DNA of 64,000 bases from positions 5,675-69,674 of the forward strand of contig DAOWDU010000011.1 of assembly GCA_030638825.1 (NCBI GenBank), given 5' to 3'. The DNA comes from a bacterium (GTDB lineage Bacteria; Patescibacteriota; Minisyncoccia; JAHIHE01; JAGLIN01). Positions 1 to 9,578 of this stretch are shown one piece after another. The notes beneath the pieces are model-generated. The model was not told where the DNA came from. It saw nothing but the letters and a program-made list of their open reading frames with translations, and made no database searches. The position numbers and the translations under genes were made by a program. Within the stretch, counting starts at the first letter, position 1. Every line of letters begins with the position of its first letter.

Positions 1-1133
1 CTTTTTTCGTCTACATTTATTCCTGCGCATAAATCACAAATGCCGTTGTCTGTGATAATATTGTTTTTAATTTCCGCTGACGATTTTGCTGCATAAATCC
101 CAAAGGTTGGACCTAAATATGTTTTGTAATGGTTGTTGTAGCTTATTGTATTGTGATTAATTGTGGCTGAAGAATTATGCAAATCAATTCCAATTTTATT
201 ATCAATTATTAAATTGTCAGTTATGGTCGGCGAGAAAACAGAATCAAAGGTAACATTGGCTAATGTTTCCTTTGATTCTGTTTTCTCTTCCTCAAAATTA
301 TAAACCTGAATTCCTTTGTTATTAAAATTTATTGTATTCTTCTGTATTATTGGGGAAGAATCTTCTTTTATATATATTCCATATTCATTGTCTTTCAAAA
401 TATTGTCATTGATCAAAGGCGAAGAATTTTCAATTAAGATGCCGCTCAAATTTTCTCCCGAGTTTTTAATTGTAAATCCCGCCAGTTTTGTTTTATTTGT
501 AATGCCGTTTTTAAATTCTATAACATTGCCAGAATTATTCCCATTTAATATTGTTTCATTTGTAAGTATTTGCTCAGAAATGAAAGAAGAAACGGAACTT
601 GGTTTTGGGTACCCAGAACCAAGTTCCGTTTCTTCTTTCGTTTCTGCCATCTCATTAGACCCAACCAAACTAATTCCCTCTTTCATAACAATATTTCCCA
701 AGTATTCTCCGCTGGCGATTTTGATTGTGTCTCCAAAATTGGCGTTATCAATCGCTGTTTGTATCTCAGAATAATCTTCTGGAACATTTATAATTTTCGG
801 TTCTTTATAGTTTTTAAGCTCCACTAATTTATTCAACGGACAAAAAAAATCTTTCTTCTCAATTCCAAATAGTTCTTTTCCAATTTCTGCAATAAAATCT
901 ATTTTCTGTGCAATATCAGATTCCGAATCCTCAGAGGATTCGGAATCTTTCACTTTGTCCTTATTATCGCTCTGCGCGTTTCTAACTTTGCCATTCCCAA
1001 ATTCTTCTAATAAATTTTTATTGTTCATCTCCGAATAAACATTCTTCTGCGACGCCAAAACAACTCCGCAGATAATAACTATGGGGAGGACTGAAATCAA
1101 GATTGTTATTGTCTTTTTGTTGAGTTTAGTCAT
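1..1133 (-). CDS. Secreted/membrane-anchored right-handed parallel beta-helix (pectin lyase/NosD-like) protein, truncated by window edge
   Basis: Not in ORF track (no stop in window). Manual translation MTKLNKKTITILISVLPIVIICGVVLA...VPEDYSEIQTAIDNANFGDTIKIASGEY...SSPLINDNILKDNEYGIYI shows an N-terminal hydrophobic segment and beta-helix motifs. Confidence 0.8.
   Translation of the reverse strand, partial: MTKLNKKTITILISVLPIVIICGVVLASQKNVYSEMNNKNLLEEFGNGKVRNAQSDNKDKVKDSESSEDSESDIAQKIDFIAEIGKELFGIEKKDFFCPLNKLVELKNYKEPKIINVPEDYSEIQTAIDNANFGDTIKIASGEYLGNIVMKEGISLVGSNEMAETKEETELGSGYPKPSSVSSFISEQILTNETILNGNNSGNVIEFKNGITNKTKLAGFTIKNSGENLSGILIENSSPLINDNILKDNEYGIYIKEDSSPIIQKNTINFNNKGIQVYNFEEEKTESKETLANVTFDSVFSPTITDNLIIDNKIGIDLHNSSATINHNTISYNNHYKTYLGPTFGIYAAKSSAEIKNNIITDNGICDLCAGINVDEK
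575..646. repeat. 72-bp near-perfect palindrome inserted in frame in the beta-helix gene
   Basis: CAGAAATGAAAGAAGAAACGGAACTTGGTTTTGGGT|ACCCAGAACCAAGTTCCGTTTCTTCTTTCGTTTCTG, two G-T mismatches. Confidence 0.9.
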
Positions 1134-1149
1134 AATAAAAATATCTTAT

Positions 1150-2463
1150 CTATTCCAGCAACCATTTCCAAAGAGGCTGAAAAATAATTTCCTTTTCTTT
1201 TATTATTTCTTCTCCTTCTTTCTCGTCAGTAATTATTAAGCCAGTTTCTAGTTCAAATTCGTTCATTGCTCTCAAGAGAGAATTAAGTTCCCTCTTTTTT
1301 GTTTTAGGATCATCTAAATTCCAGCAAACCTGAATTAACTGTTTTACTTTTAATTTTTCCTTAATAACAAAATCAACTTCTCGGTGTCGCTCGTCCTTCC
1401 AATAAAAAAGTTCTAGATATGGATTTATTATTTTCCTTCTTTTCAATTCCAAATAAACAAGATTCTCTGCCATTTTTCCTAAATTTTTGCTAAATCTAAA
1501 ACCAATTGTGTTTGCCAATCCTGTATCTATGGGATAAGCTTTGCGAGGACTTTTTTCTTGCTCTTTAACTTTAAAAGAAAATCTTTTCTGAAAAAATATA
1601 AGATAAGCGGTTTCAAAATAACCAGAAAATTTTTCCACTGTATCAGCTGAAATTTCCAAAGACTTTTCTAGAGAGTTAAAAGTTATTAAAGAGGAAGGAT
1701 TACTTAAATAAAATTTTATTAAACTTTTCAATTTTTCTGGTTTTCTTATGTTATAACGCTTGATCAGATCTCTATTTAAAGCATCATCAAAATAAGAAAG
1801 AAGAATTTTTTCTTTTTTCTCCTCTACAGCTACTCTTGGAAAAGAGCCGAATTCTAAATATTTTCTTAATAAACTTTTTATTTTAATTCTCTTGGCGATA
1901 AGATTTAATTTGTCATCTTTTTCTACATAAAGATTATTAAATTCTAAAAATTCTTTAAAAGAGAGCGGGAAAATAGTGATATCCAAATGTCTGCCAGTTA
2001 ACAAAGTTGCTAGCTCTTGACTTAAAAGTTTTGCGTTAGAGCCAGAAATAACAATTTTCGCTTTTCTTAATTCGTTCATCATTCTAACCCATTTTTCCCA
2101 TTCTCTAACTTCCTGAATTTCGTCAATAAAAATATAAATTTCTTCTTTTGGATTTATAGATTCTAAATAAACTTCATAAATTTGTTGGAGTAATTTTGTA
2201 TCCAACTCAACGAATCTTGGATCTTCAAAATTTATTATCAAGATTTGATTTTTATTTACTCCTTTTTCAATTAGCTCTTTTGCTAACTGTTTCATAATGA
2301 AAGATTTACCGCTTCTTCTTGCTCCAGTAATGACTATCACCTGTTCTGAGAGAATGAGTTTTTTCAGTTCGTCCAAATAAAAATTTCTCTTGATTCCCAC
2401 ATCAAGATCTTTTTTCCAAAAATTCCAGTCTTCTAATATTTTTAATATCTCGTTTTTGTCCAT
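1150..2463 (-). CDS. AAA+ ATPase, AAA_14/DUF4143 family
   Basis: Walker A GARRSGKS, Walker B FIDEIQ, SGSN, LTGR, C-terminal AENLV...EVDFV; start at MDKNE (2463) preferred over 2493. Confidence 0.9.
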   Translation of the reverse strand: MDKNEILKILEDWNFWKKDLDVGIKRNFYLDELKKLILSEQVIVITGARRSGKSFIMKQLAKELIEKGVNKNQILIINFEDPRFVELDTKLLQQIYEVYLESINPKEEIYIFIDEIQEVREWEKWVRMMNELRKAKIVISGSNAKLLSQELATLLTGRHLDITIFPLSFKEFLEFNNLYVEKDDKLNLIAKRIKIKSLLRKYLEFGSFPRVAVEEKKEKILLSYFDDALNRDLIKRYNIRKPEKLKSLIKFYLSNPSSLITFNSLEKSLEISADTVEKFSGYFETAYLIFFQKRFSFKVKEQEKSPRKAYPIDTGLANTIGFRFSKNLGKMAENLVYLELKRRKIINPYLELFYWKDERHREVDFVIKEKLKVKQLIQVCWNLDDPKTKKRELNSLLRAMNEFELETGLIITDEKEGEEIIKEKEIIFQPLWKWLLE

Positions 2464-2562
2464 TAGTTTTGTCCTATTAGGTAAAATCTGCATTTTTTGT
2501 CTAATACACTAATTATATTAGTCAAAATCGGAGAAAATGTCAAATTATTATTATCTCTTATT

Positions 2563-4713
2563 TTACGGCAACGAATTAACATCTTTTTTTTTGTCTTCGC
2601 GAGACGATCTTTTCTTTTTCTTTGCCATTTCTTCAAACGCTTTTTTGTCTACTTCAATTTCTGGTTTATGTCTCGGATCATATTGTGTTAGGATTTTTTT
2701 GAGTTCTTCTTGAAGGGCAAAACTTTTCAAAGCTTTTTGAATAGATTCAATCGCTAATTTTTCCATTCTCTTATAATAGTGTTCTTCGTCAACTGCGTTT
2801 AATTCTCCTCCAGAGTCATGCCAAGTAGAATCAATGAATGAAATAATTAAATTTTCATCTGAGTCAACTGTGACAAGCATATTCCATTCGTGATCCATTT
2901 CTACAGAATGAGTAGTTAATACAATAAATTTATCAAAATTTGGCACACCTTCTTTTTCTAAAACATGTTTAGCAAAAGCAAGGGTTTTAGAATAATCACC
3001 ACAAATATATCCTCCTTCTAAAGTAAGATTAGGATCTTGAAAACTCATATTTTTTTCTTTTCTTTTTTCATCTTTTTCTTCGTCATATTCTACACCTTTT
3101 CCAATTACTTCAGAAATTATTTTGATGACTTCCTCTGGATTATCTTCAGCAACTTCTTTTAATTTTTCCAGTGAATAGCCATTTTTTTCCAAAAGTTCTA
3201 AAAACAATTTTTTAAATTCATCATTATTTTCATGTTCATTAAAATTATTTTTTTCTAATTCCTGTAAATTTTTAAATTCTTCTGAGGATGTTCCCTCCTT
3301 TTTTTCAAATATTATTTTATACATCTCATAGGTGTTGCTAATATTATCTACATCTACGCCATTTACATTTTCGTGACCACTCTGTTTAAACCATTCTATG
3401 AATTCTGACAAACTTTCAGTACTTATTTCTGGAAGTGTTTTGAATTGTAAATTGTTATGCATAATTTCACGATATTTTTGTTCCAATGATTGATCCATTG
3501 AGAATGTTCCATTTTCATTTTTTTTAAATATTAGCTCATTAACATCGCTAATATTATCTACATCTACGCCATTTACATTTTCGTGACCACTCTGTTTAAA
3601 CCATTCTATGAATTCTGACAAGATTTTATTATCTATTTTAGTGGTATTAGAATTATCGTCGAAATTGTTATCTAAAATCTCATGCCATTTTTGATTTAAT
3701 GTTTGATTTATCTCATAGTTATCTGCGCCTCCTATCTTAAAATCATTTAATTCTACCACTGAAACTTTGGAAGTGTCGGGTGTAATTTGGTTATCAATAT
3801 ATTTTTTAACCTCATTTTCTGGAATATTAAAACTATCAGCAATGATTTTTGCGACTTGCTCTTTATTTTCTATAAAATATTCTAATGAACTGCTTATGGT
3901 TTCTATCTTTTCTCCTTCTGCTGTAGTTCTTGGCGCATTAAAATTTATTCCCATGCTTTCTAAATCATTTTTAAGTTTATTCAGTTTTTCTTCGGTAAGA
4001 ATATTATTAAATGAAAAAGAAACAGTTTTTTCTGCGCTATTATTTTCATCAATTTCAGTTTCAACAAGAATTGAAAATGAATCTGGGTTATCTTGATTGT
4101 TATTGAAATGGTCAAAACTCTGTGATGGATATTTTTCCAATATATCAATAGGAGAATTTTGACTGTTTATCCGATCTATTTCTGCCATCAATTCTGGATT
4201 TTTTTCTAAGTCTTTCAGAGAAATTTTGTGACCTTTAATTTCCACTTTAACATCATCATCCACCAAAATATTTAAAGCTGGTGCACCATAGGAAGAAGCG
4301 TAAAGCGCTAATTCCCCCAAACTCACCACCTTTTTATGTTTTTTCGCAAACTCAAATGCTTCGTTAATTGATCCCTCAAGCTTTGAAGTTGTACCCGTTA
4401 CTAATTTCCCAGTTTTCTCGCTTTTCCAAAATTCATTCAAAGCTTTATCAATGCTATCTTTTATAAATTCAAGACTACCGCGATTTAAATTTTCTAGATT
4501 TTCAGGATTAAGACTTTCCAAATCAAGTCTCGCAAGTTCAATTAATTTATCCTTTGAAATATTTAATTCTCCCGCTTTCTTCTCAATTTTTTCAACAATA
4601 TCTTCTCTAAGCCCAGATATATCTTTTTCGGAAACTGGCTGATCATATTTATTCACTTTTTCACTATTTAAATCCTCAGGATTTGTATTAACTGTTTCTG
4701 AAAAAAATTTCAT
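2563..4713 (-). CDS. Large acidic hypothetical protein with C-terminal transglutaminase-like domain
   Basis: ICGDYS...HEWN...IDSTW resembles a Cys-His-Asp triad; internal 25-aa duplication. Confidence 0.6.
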   Translation of the reverse strand: MKFFSETVNTNPEDLNSEKVNKYDQPVSEKDISGLREDIVEKIEKKAGELNISKDKLIELARLDLESLNPENLENLNRGSLEFIKDSIDKALNEFWKSEKTGKLVTGTTSKLEGSINEAFEFAKKHKKVVSLGELALYASSYGAPALNILVDDDVKVEIKGHKISLKDLEKNPELMAEIDRINSQNSPIDILEKYPSQSFDHFNNNQDNPDSFSILVETEIDENNSAEKTVSFSFNNILTEEKLNKLKNDLESMGINFNAPRTTAEGEKIETISSSLEYFIENKEQVAKIIADSFNIPENEVKKYIDNQITPDTSKVSVVELNDFKIGGADNYEINQTLNQKWHEILDNNFDDNSNTTKIDNKILSEFIEWFKQSGHENVNGVDVDNISDVNELIFKKNENGTFSMDQSLEQKYREIMHNNLQFKTLPEISTESLSEFIEWFKQSGHENVNGVDVDNISNTYEMYKIIFEKKEGTSSEEFKNLQELEKNNFNEHENNDEFKKLFLELLEKNGYSLEKLKEVAEDNPEEVIKIISEVIGKGVEYDEEKDEKRKEKNMSFQDPNLTLEGGYICGDYSKTLAFAKHVLEKEGVPNFDKFIVLTTHSVEMDHEWNMLVTVDSDENLIISFIDSTWHDSGGELNAVDEEHYYKRMEKLAIESIQKALKSFALQEELKKILTQYDPRHKPEIEVDKKAFEEMAKKKKRSSREDKKKDVNSLP

Positions 4714-4754
4714 AGTTGTGGTTTAAAAATTAAATTACAATAAATTTCTATAAA

Positions 4755-5600
4755 TTATCGTTTATTCAATCTCTTCAAAATCTCCAAATCTTCCTCAGCT
4801 TTCCCGCCTGGTGTTTCCAAAATAAAATCCAAATTCTTTAATCTTGGCTCATTAATAATCATCTCAAATCCTTCTATTCCAATTTTGCCTTTACCAATAT
4901 TTTCATGTCGATCAATATGCGAATTGAAATCAGATTTTGAATCGTTGCAGTGAATAAGTTTTAATCTTTCCAGTCCAATTATTTTATCAAAATCATCAAA
5001 GGTTTTCTGGACCGCTTTTTTATCGCGTAAATCATAACCTGAAGCGAAAGCGTGAGCGGTGTCAAAGCACACACCTAATTTAATATTTTTGTCATCCTGA
5101 GCTTGTCGAGGGACTTCCTTAATAAAATAGGCGATTTCTTCAAAACTGTCGCCCATAATATTTCCAGAGCCAGCGGTGATTTCCAGCAGTAGGGAACAGG
5201 CATGCCTGTTCCCTACTGCTACTAACCCTTTAATTAATTTCTCCCGCGCTTCTTTTTCGCCTAGTTCTTTCGCGCTTCCTAGGTGAGTAACAACCGCTTT
5301 TGCGCCGAGTAAATCCGCTGTTTCTAGTTCTTTCTTAATTGCTGAAATTGAACCGTAATAAATTCTATTATTCGCCGAAGCGAGATTTATATAATATGGC
5401 GTATGAATGTAATAATTTTCTAAATTATATTTCTGGCAATTTTTTTTAAAATTATTTATAGCGCTCTCTGTAATTTCTTTCGCTTTTCCTCCTTGCGGAG
5501 ATCTGGAAAACATCTGAAAACACTCACAGCCAATCTCGTGAGCTCTTTCGGGAGTTTTTTCAATTTCCCCCGCGATTGAAATGTGCGCGCCAAAGTTCAT
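4755..5600 (-). CDS. nfo: Endonuclease IV (deoxyribonuclease IV)
   Basis: GAHISIAG, HTPYYINLAS, CFDTAHAF, HCNDSK, DRHENIG, ILETP motifs; start MNF at 5600. Confidence 0.95.
   Translation of the reverse strand: MNFGAHISIAGEIEKTPERAHEIGCECFQMFSRSPQGGKAKEITESAINNFKKNCQKYNLENYYIHTPYYINLASANNRIYYGSISAIKKELETADLLGAKAVVTHLGSAKELGEKEAREKLIKGLVAVGNRHACSLLLEITAGSGNIMGDSFEEIAYFIKEVPRQAQDDKNIKLGVCFDTAHAFASGYDLRDKKAVQKTFDDFDKIIGLERLKLIHCNDSKSDFNSHIDRHENIGKGKIGIEGFEMIINEPRLKNLDFILETPGGKAEEDLEILKRLNKR
5185..5220. repeat. GTAG-type REP-like palindrome, in frame in nfo
   Basis: AGCAGTAGGGAACAGGCATGCCTGTTCCCTACTGCT, perfect; core recurs at 22637-22664 and 25386-25413. Confidence 0.9.
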
Positions 5601-6139
5601 TAGTGACAATTTATTTTGCTGTATTTTTTAACAAGTTGATGAGCCCTATTTCTGATTTCTGTTTTACCTTTTTCTTCATCAGAAATTTTCATAAGCTCTC
5701 TGAAAAATCGGTCTGATTTTGGATAATTCCCATTGTGATTTTTTATATATCTTAAATGGCTTCTATAGTAAGTGTTCACTCTTTTATAAGGAATTCCAGA
5801 AGGTTTTTCTTTATAATATAAACACAGCTTAAAAACCCAAAATTCAAAGATATAAGAATCAAGCAGACCTTTGCTAAAAAATAGAAATTCATTGGTCATC
5901 AAATTCCAATATCTAAAATACCAAGTGACCACTTTTTTAGGATTGTCACATTCTAACGCTTTAATCATAATTTCATCATACTCTTTTGTAAAGGAATTTA
6001 AAACATTAATTGTGTTTGCCTGTTTTCCTGTTTCAATTGATTTGGATATTTTGCGTATTTGAAAATAAGATAAAATAACGCCAAGCGTTATTGCGGTGCA
6101 TGTTGTTATTTCTACAAAATCTCTTAAAATTCCGTTCAT
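5600..6139 (-). CDS. Hypothetical protein with N-terminal TM helix
   Basis: 179-aa ORF co-oriented between nrnA and nfo; hydrophobic N-terminus. Confidence 0.7.
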   Translation of the reverse strand: MNGILRDFVEITTCTAITLGVILSYFQIRKISKSIETGKQANTINVLNSFTKEYDEIMIKALECDNPKKVVTWYFRYWNLMTNEFLFFSKGLLDSYIFEFWVFKLCLYYKEKPSGIPYKRVNTYYRSHLRYIKNHNGNYPKSDRFFRELMKISDEEKGKTEIRNRAHQLVKKYSKINCH

Positions 6140-6178
6140 AAAAAGTTTGGTTAGCTGATCTAAAATTAGCTAAATTTC

Positions 6179-6204
6179 CCATCCTTCGACAAGCTCAGGA
6201 TGAC
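6179..6204 (-). repeat. GTCATCCTGAGCTTGTCGAAGGAT REP-like unit
   Basis: Copies at 5091-5114 (inside nfo) and 44668-44693, variant at 44624-44650; supplies the TGA stop of nrnA. Confidence 0.85.
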
Positions 6205-7190
6205 AGTGTTGTTGTATTTTTTAAAATCATCTCTCTAATTCTTCTTACGCTATTTTCTACATCTTCCCCTTCCATTTCAAACCCAGAGGCAAGTTTATGC
6301 CCTCCTCCGCCTAAGCTCCTTGCTATTTCAGACACATCAATTCCTTTATAATCCTCGCTTCTTAAACTTCCTTTTATTTTTTTGTTCTCGCTCTCTGTTA
6401 GAAGCAGGGAAAATTTTGCATCGCTAACTGTATTAATAATACTAATCAAGCCAGACGCGTCTTCTTCTTTCGCGCCGCATTCTTCTATATCATTTTTACT
6501 AATATAAGATATTGCCATTTTTGTATTTTTATCTGTTTGAATTCTACTAAGCGCTTTCCCCCACAGTTTTATCGCGGGTACATTTTTCCCATTGAAAATA
6601 TTTTTCGCGATTTTATCTATGCGGGATCCTTTTCTCATCAGTTCTGCCGCAGTTTCAAGAGATTGCGGATCTGTGTTACTGTGTTGAAAGCCTCCTGTGT
6701 CTGTAAAAATTCCTGTGAGCAGACAATCAGAAATGTTCTTTGTGATTTTTATTCTCATTTCTTTTAGAAGATTGTAAATCAAAATTGCTGCAGAAGAAGC
6801 TTTATCGTCTATGATTAATATACAATCTTGTTCTGTTTTATTTTTTGGATGATGGTCAATGATTAATAAATTATTATGAGAAGAGGCAATCTCTCTTATG
6901 TCGTCTACGCCAGTTCTTGAAAAAAAAGCGCAGTCCAATAATACAACAAGATCGTAATGCTTTGGATCTATTTGATTTTTAATCTTTGAGACGCCAGGCA
7001 AGAATTTAAACACTTCGGGAATTTCGCTTTTAGAAAAACATTCTACATTTTTATTATCCAAACAACTAAGCGCGTGAGCCAATCCTAAAACAGATCCTAC
7101 CGCATCTCCGTCTGGATTTTTGTGGGTGAGGATTAAAATATTATCGCTGGATTTTATTAAATTTATTGCTTGTTGCATGGTATTAATCAT
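6195..7190 (-). CDS. nrnA: DHH/DHHA1 bifunctional oligoribonuclease/pAp phosphatase
   Basis: THKNPDGDAVGS, IIDHH, TDTGGF, GGGGHKLASG; downstream of rbfA. Confidence 0.92.
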   Translation of the reverse strand: MINTMQQAINLIKSSDNILILTHKNPDGDAVGSVLGLAHALSCLDNKNVECFSKSEIPEVFKFLPGVSKIKNQIDPKHYDLVVLLDCAFFSRTGVDDIREIASSHNNLLIIDHHPKNKTEQDCILIIDDKASSAAILIYNLLKEMRIKITKNISDCLLTGIFTDTGGFQHSNTDPQSLETAAELMRKGSRIDKIAKNIFNGKNVPAIKLWGKALSRIQTDKNTKMAISYISKNDIEECGAKEEDASGLISIINTVSDAKFSLLLTESENKKIKGSLRSEDYKGIDVSEIARSLGGGGHKLASGFEMEGEDVENSVRRIREMILKNTTTLSS

Positions 7191-7205
7191 ATTACTATTC
7201 TAATT

Positions 7206-7343
7206 GTCATTGCGAGGAGGCTGAATGAACGAAGTGAGAGAAAAGCCGACGAAGCAATCCCGTAACTATGCAAGATGAACTTAATCACGGGATTGCTTCG
7301 TCGCCTTCTCTTCGCTACGCTCAATCGGGCTTCTCGCAATGAC
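7206..7343. repeat. Inverted doublet of GTCATTGCGAG...CGAAGCAATCC REP-like units
   Basis: GTCATTGCGAGGAG...CGACGAAGCAATCCCGT / ACGGGATTGCTTCGTCG...CTTCTCGCAATGAC; GC-rich patch in an AT-rich intergenic region. Confidence 0.85.
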
Positions 7344-7351
7344 AGTTTACT

Positions 7352-7690
7352 TCACAATCTATTCTCTTCAATAATTCTACCAATTTTCTCCACATCCTCC
7401 CCGCTCCGATCAATCACAAATCTAATTCTCGGCAAGGGCTTCATAAATAATTTCCGATTAAGTTTCCCCTGAATAAAATAAATATTTTCTTTTAGTTCCT
7501 TCTCAATTTTAACGCTCATCTCATCTGGCAGAACGCTTATAAAAATATCCGCGTAACGGAGATCTGCGGATGTTTTCACTTTGGTTATTGTCAGAATAAT
7601 ATTTTTTGAAAAATCAACATCAGTCAGGATTATTTTTCCAAGCTCTTGCTTGATTAGCTTGTTTATTTTTAGGATTCTTTGGGTTGACAT
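7352..7690 (-). CDS. rbfA: Ribosome-binding factor A
   Basis: TITKVKTSADLRYADIFISV, PRIRFVID; follows infB. Confidence 0.93.
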   Translation of the reverse strand: MSTQRILKINKLIKQELGKIILTDVDFSKNIILTITKVKTSADLRYADIFISVLPDEMSVKIEKELKENIYFIQGKLNRKLFMKPLPRIRFVIDRSGEDVEKIGRIIEENRL

Positions 7691-7693
7691 AGT

Positions 7694-9493
7694 TTAATTT
7701 ATTTTTCTAATTTTACTTTCTTCTTTATACGCATTAAGCACATCTCCTTCTTCAATAATCACGCTTCCTTCATAAGTTATCCCAGCGTTGTTTCCTGATT
7801 TTACTTCTTTTACTATTTTTTTATTATATTGAATTTCTTTGGCTGTGCCGCGGCCTATTTTTTCGCCATCTCTCAGTATTTCAAGCAAAGATGCTTTTTC
7901 TATTTTTCCGTTTTCAACTTTTGCGCCGACAATCATCTCAACCACTTTTGCCGATTTCTTTCCAGATTTAAAAATCGCGATTACTTTCAAAACTCCCAAA
8001 TCTGTTCGGATAATTTCCGGCTCAAGAATATCAGAAAGATCTTTTTTAATGTCGCTGATTAATTCATAAATAACTTTATACATTTTAATGTCAACTTTTT
8101 CTTTTTCGGAAAACTTTTTTACTGATAAGTCTATATTAACATTAAATCCGATTATTTTTGCTCCAGAAGAGTGAGCCATTTTAATGTCGGTTTCTGTTAT
8201 ATTTCCCACACCCATTTTTAAGATTTGAATAGCGACTTCGTCTGATTTTATTGATTCCAAAATTTGGATTATAGCTTCCAATGATCCTTTCACATCCGCT
8301 TTAAGAATAATATTAAATTTTTTCATCTGATGTGATTTGACTAGCGCTTTTATTCTGGCGGTGCTGAGTATTTTGCCCTCGGAAGATCTTTCGTTTTCAA
8401 TGTTGTTAAATTTAGCCGCTCTTTTTTCAGCCGTTAAGCGATTTGTTTCACCAATTAAAAAGGATCCTACTTTTGGAACATCATTTAATCCTATAATTGT
8501 GACGGGCATAGACGGGATTGCTTTGTTGATTTTTTTGCCAGTAAAATCTTCCATCCTTTTAATTCTTCCCCAGTCAGATCCCACGCTCACATAATCGCTG
8601 TTTAGCAAAGTTCCGTTTTGGATTAAGACTGTCGCTACTGGTCCAATTTTGGGGTCAAGGTGCGATTCAATCACAAATCCTTCCGCGGGGCAATTTGGAT
8701 TGGCTTTTATTTCTTCCATTTCTGAGGATAGAATTATCATTTCTAATAACGCATCAATTCCCTCTCCCGTTTTTGCGGAAACATTTACGCAAACCGTTTT
8801 TCCTCCCCAGTCTTCTGGAGTAAGATCAATTTCAGAAAGTTCTTTTTTAACTTTCTCAATATTTTTTTCTGGTTTATCAGTTTTATTAATCGCGACCAAA
8901 ATTGGAACACCAGCTTCTTTTGCAAATTGCACCGCTTCTTTTGTTTGCGGTTTAACGCCGTCGTCGGCAGCGATGACGATAACCGCTAAATCTGTAATAT
9001 ACGCTCCTCGTTCTCTCATAGAATGAAATGCTTCATGTCCTGGTGTGTCAAGAAAGGTAATCGTTTCTCCTTTTTTCTTTACTTGATAAGCGCTAAAATG
9101 CTGAGTAATTCCACCAGATTCTCCAGCGGTTACATTCGTTTTTAAAATTTTATCAAGTAAGGTAGTTTTTCCGTGGTCAACATGTCCCATTACAACAACA
9201 ACTGGAGGTCTTTTTTTTGCTCCTGGACCAAGATTTTTTTTAATCTGCTGTTTTCTTTTTTGCGCTTCTGACTTTACTTTTTTGAGTTCAAATCCAAAAT
9301 CATCCGCAACAATTTCGGCGGTCTCAAAATCTAAAACCTCGTTAATATTGGCGAATATCTTATTCTTAATAAGTTCCGCAATAAGATCGGTCGTTTTGAT
9401 TTCCATTTTCTCCGCTAACTCTTTGACAGTTATATTTTCTGGAACTTCAAGAACAGTCTTTTCTTCTTTTTTGTTTTTACTTTCTTCTGGCAT
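7694..9493 (-). CDS. infB: Translation initiation factor IF-2
   Basis: RPPVVVVMGHVDHGKT, GGITQH, DTPGHEAF, NKTD, KADVKGSLEA. Confidence 0.98.
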   Translation of the reverse strand: MPEESKNKKEEKTVLEVPENITVKELAEKMEIKTTDLIAELIKNKIFANINEVLDFETAEIVADDFGFELKKVKSEAQKRKQQIKKNLGPGAKKRPPVVVVMGHVDHGKTTLLDKILKTNVTAGESGGITQHFSAYQVKKKGETITFLDTPGHEAFHSMRERGAYITDLAVIVIAADDGVKPQTKEAVQFAKEAGVPILVAINKTDKPEKNIEKVKKELSEIDLTPEDWGGKTVCVNVSAKTGEGIDALLEMIILSSEMEEIKANPNCPAEGFVIESHLDPKIGPVATVLIQNGTLLNSDYVSVGSDWGRIKRMEDFTGKKINKAIPSMPVTIIGLNDVPKVGSFLIGETNRLTAEKRAAKFNNIENERSSEGKILSTARIKALVKSHQMKKFNIILKADVKGSLEAIIQILESIKSDEVAIQILKMGVGNITETDIKMAHSSGAKIIGFNVNIDLSVKKFSEKEKVDIKMYKVIYELISDIKKDLSDILEPEIIRTDLGVLKVIAIFKSGKKSAKVVEMIVGAKVENGKIEKASLLEILRDGEKIGRGTAKEIQYNKKIVKEVKSGNNAGITYEGSVIIEEGDVLNAYKEESKIRKIN

Positions 9494-9578
9494 TGTTGTA
9501 GAATTATTATTTAATTTAAAAGAAAAAATATTAAATATTAAATATTAATTTCTTAATATTCAATATTTTTTAATATTT

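Noticed and set aside
316-827. Plus-strand ORFs 316-774 and 570-827
   Set aside because: Antisense shadows of the minus-strand beta-helix gene.
7275-7472. 65-aa plus-strand ORF
   Set aside because: Reads through the REP doublet and antisense rbfA.
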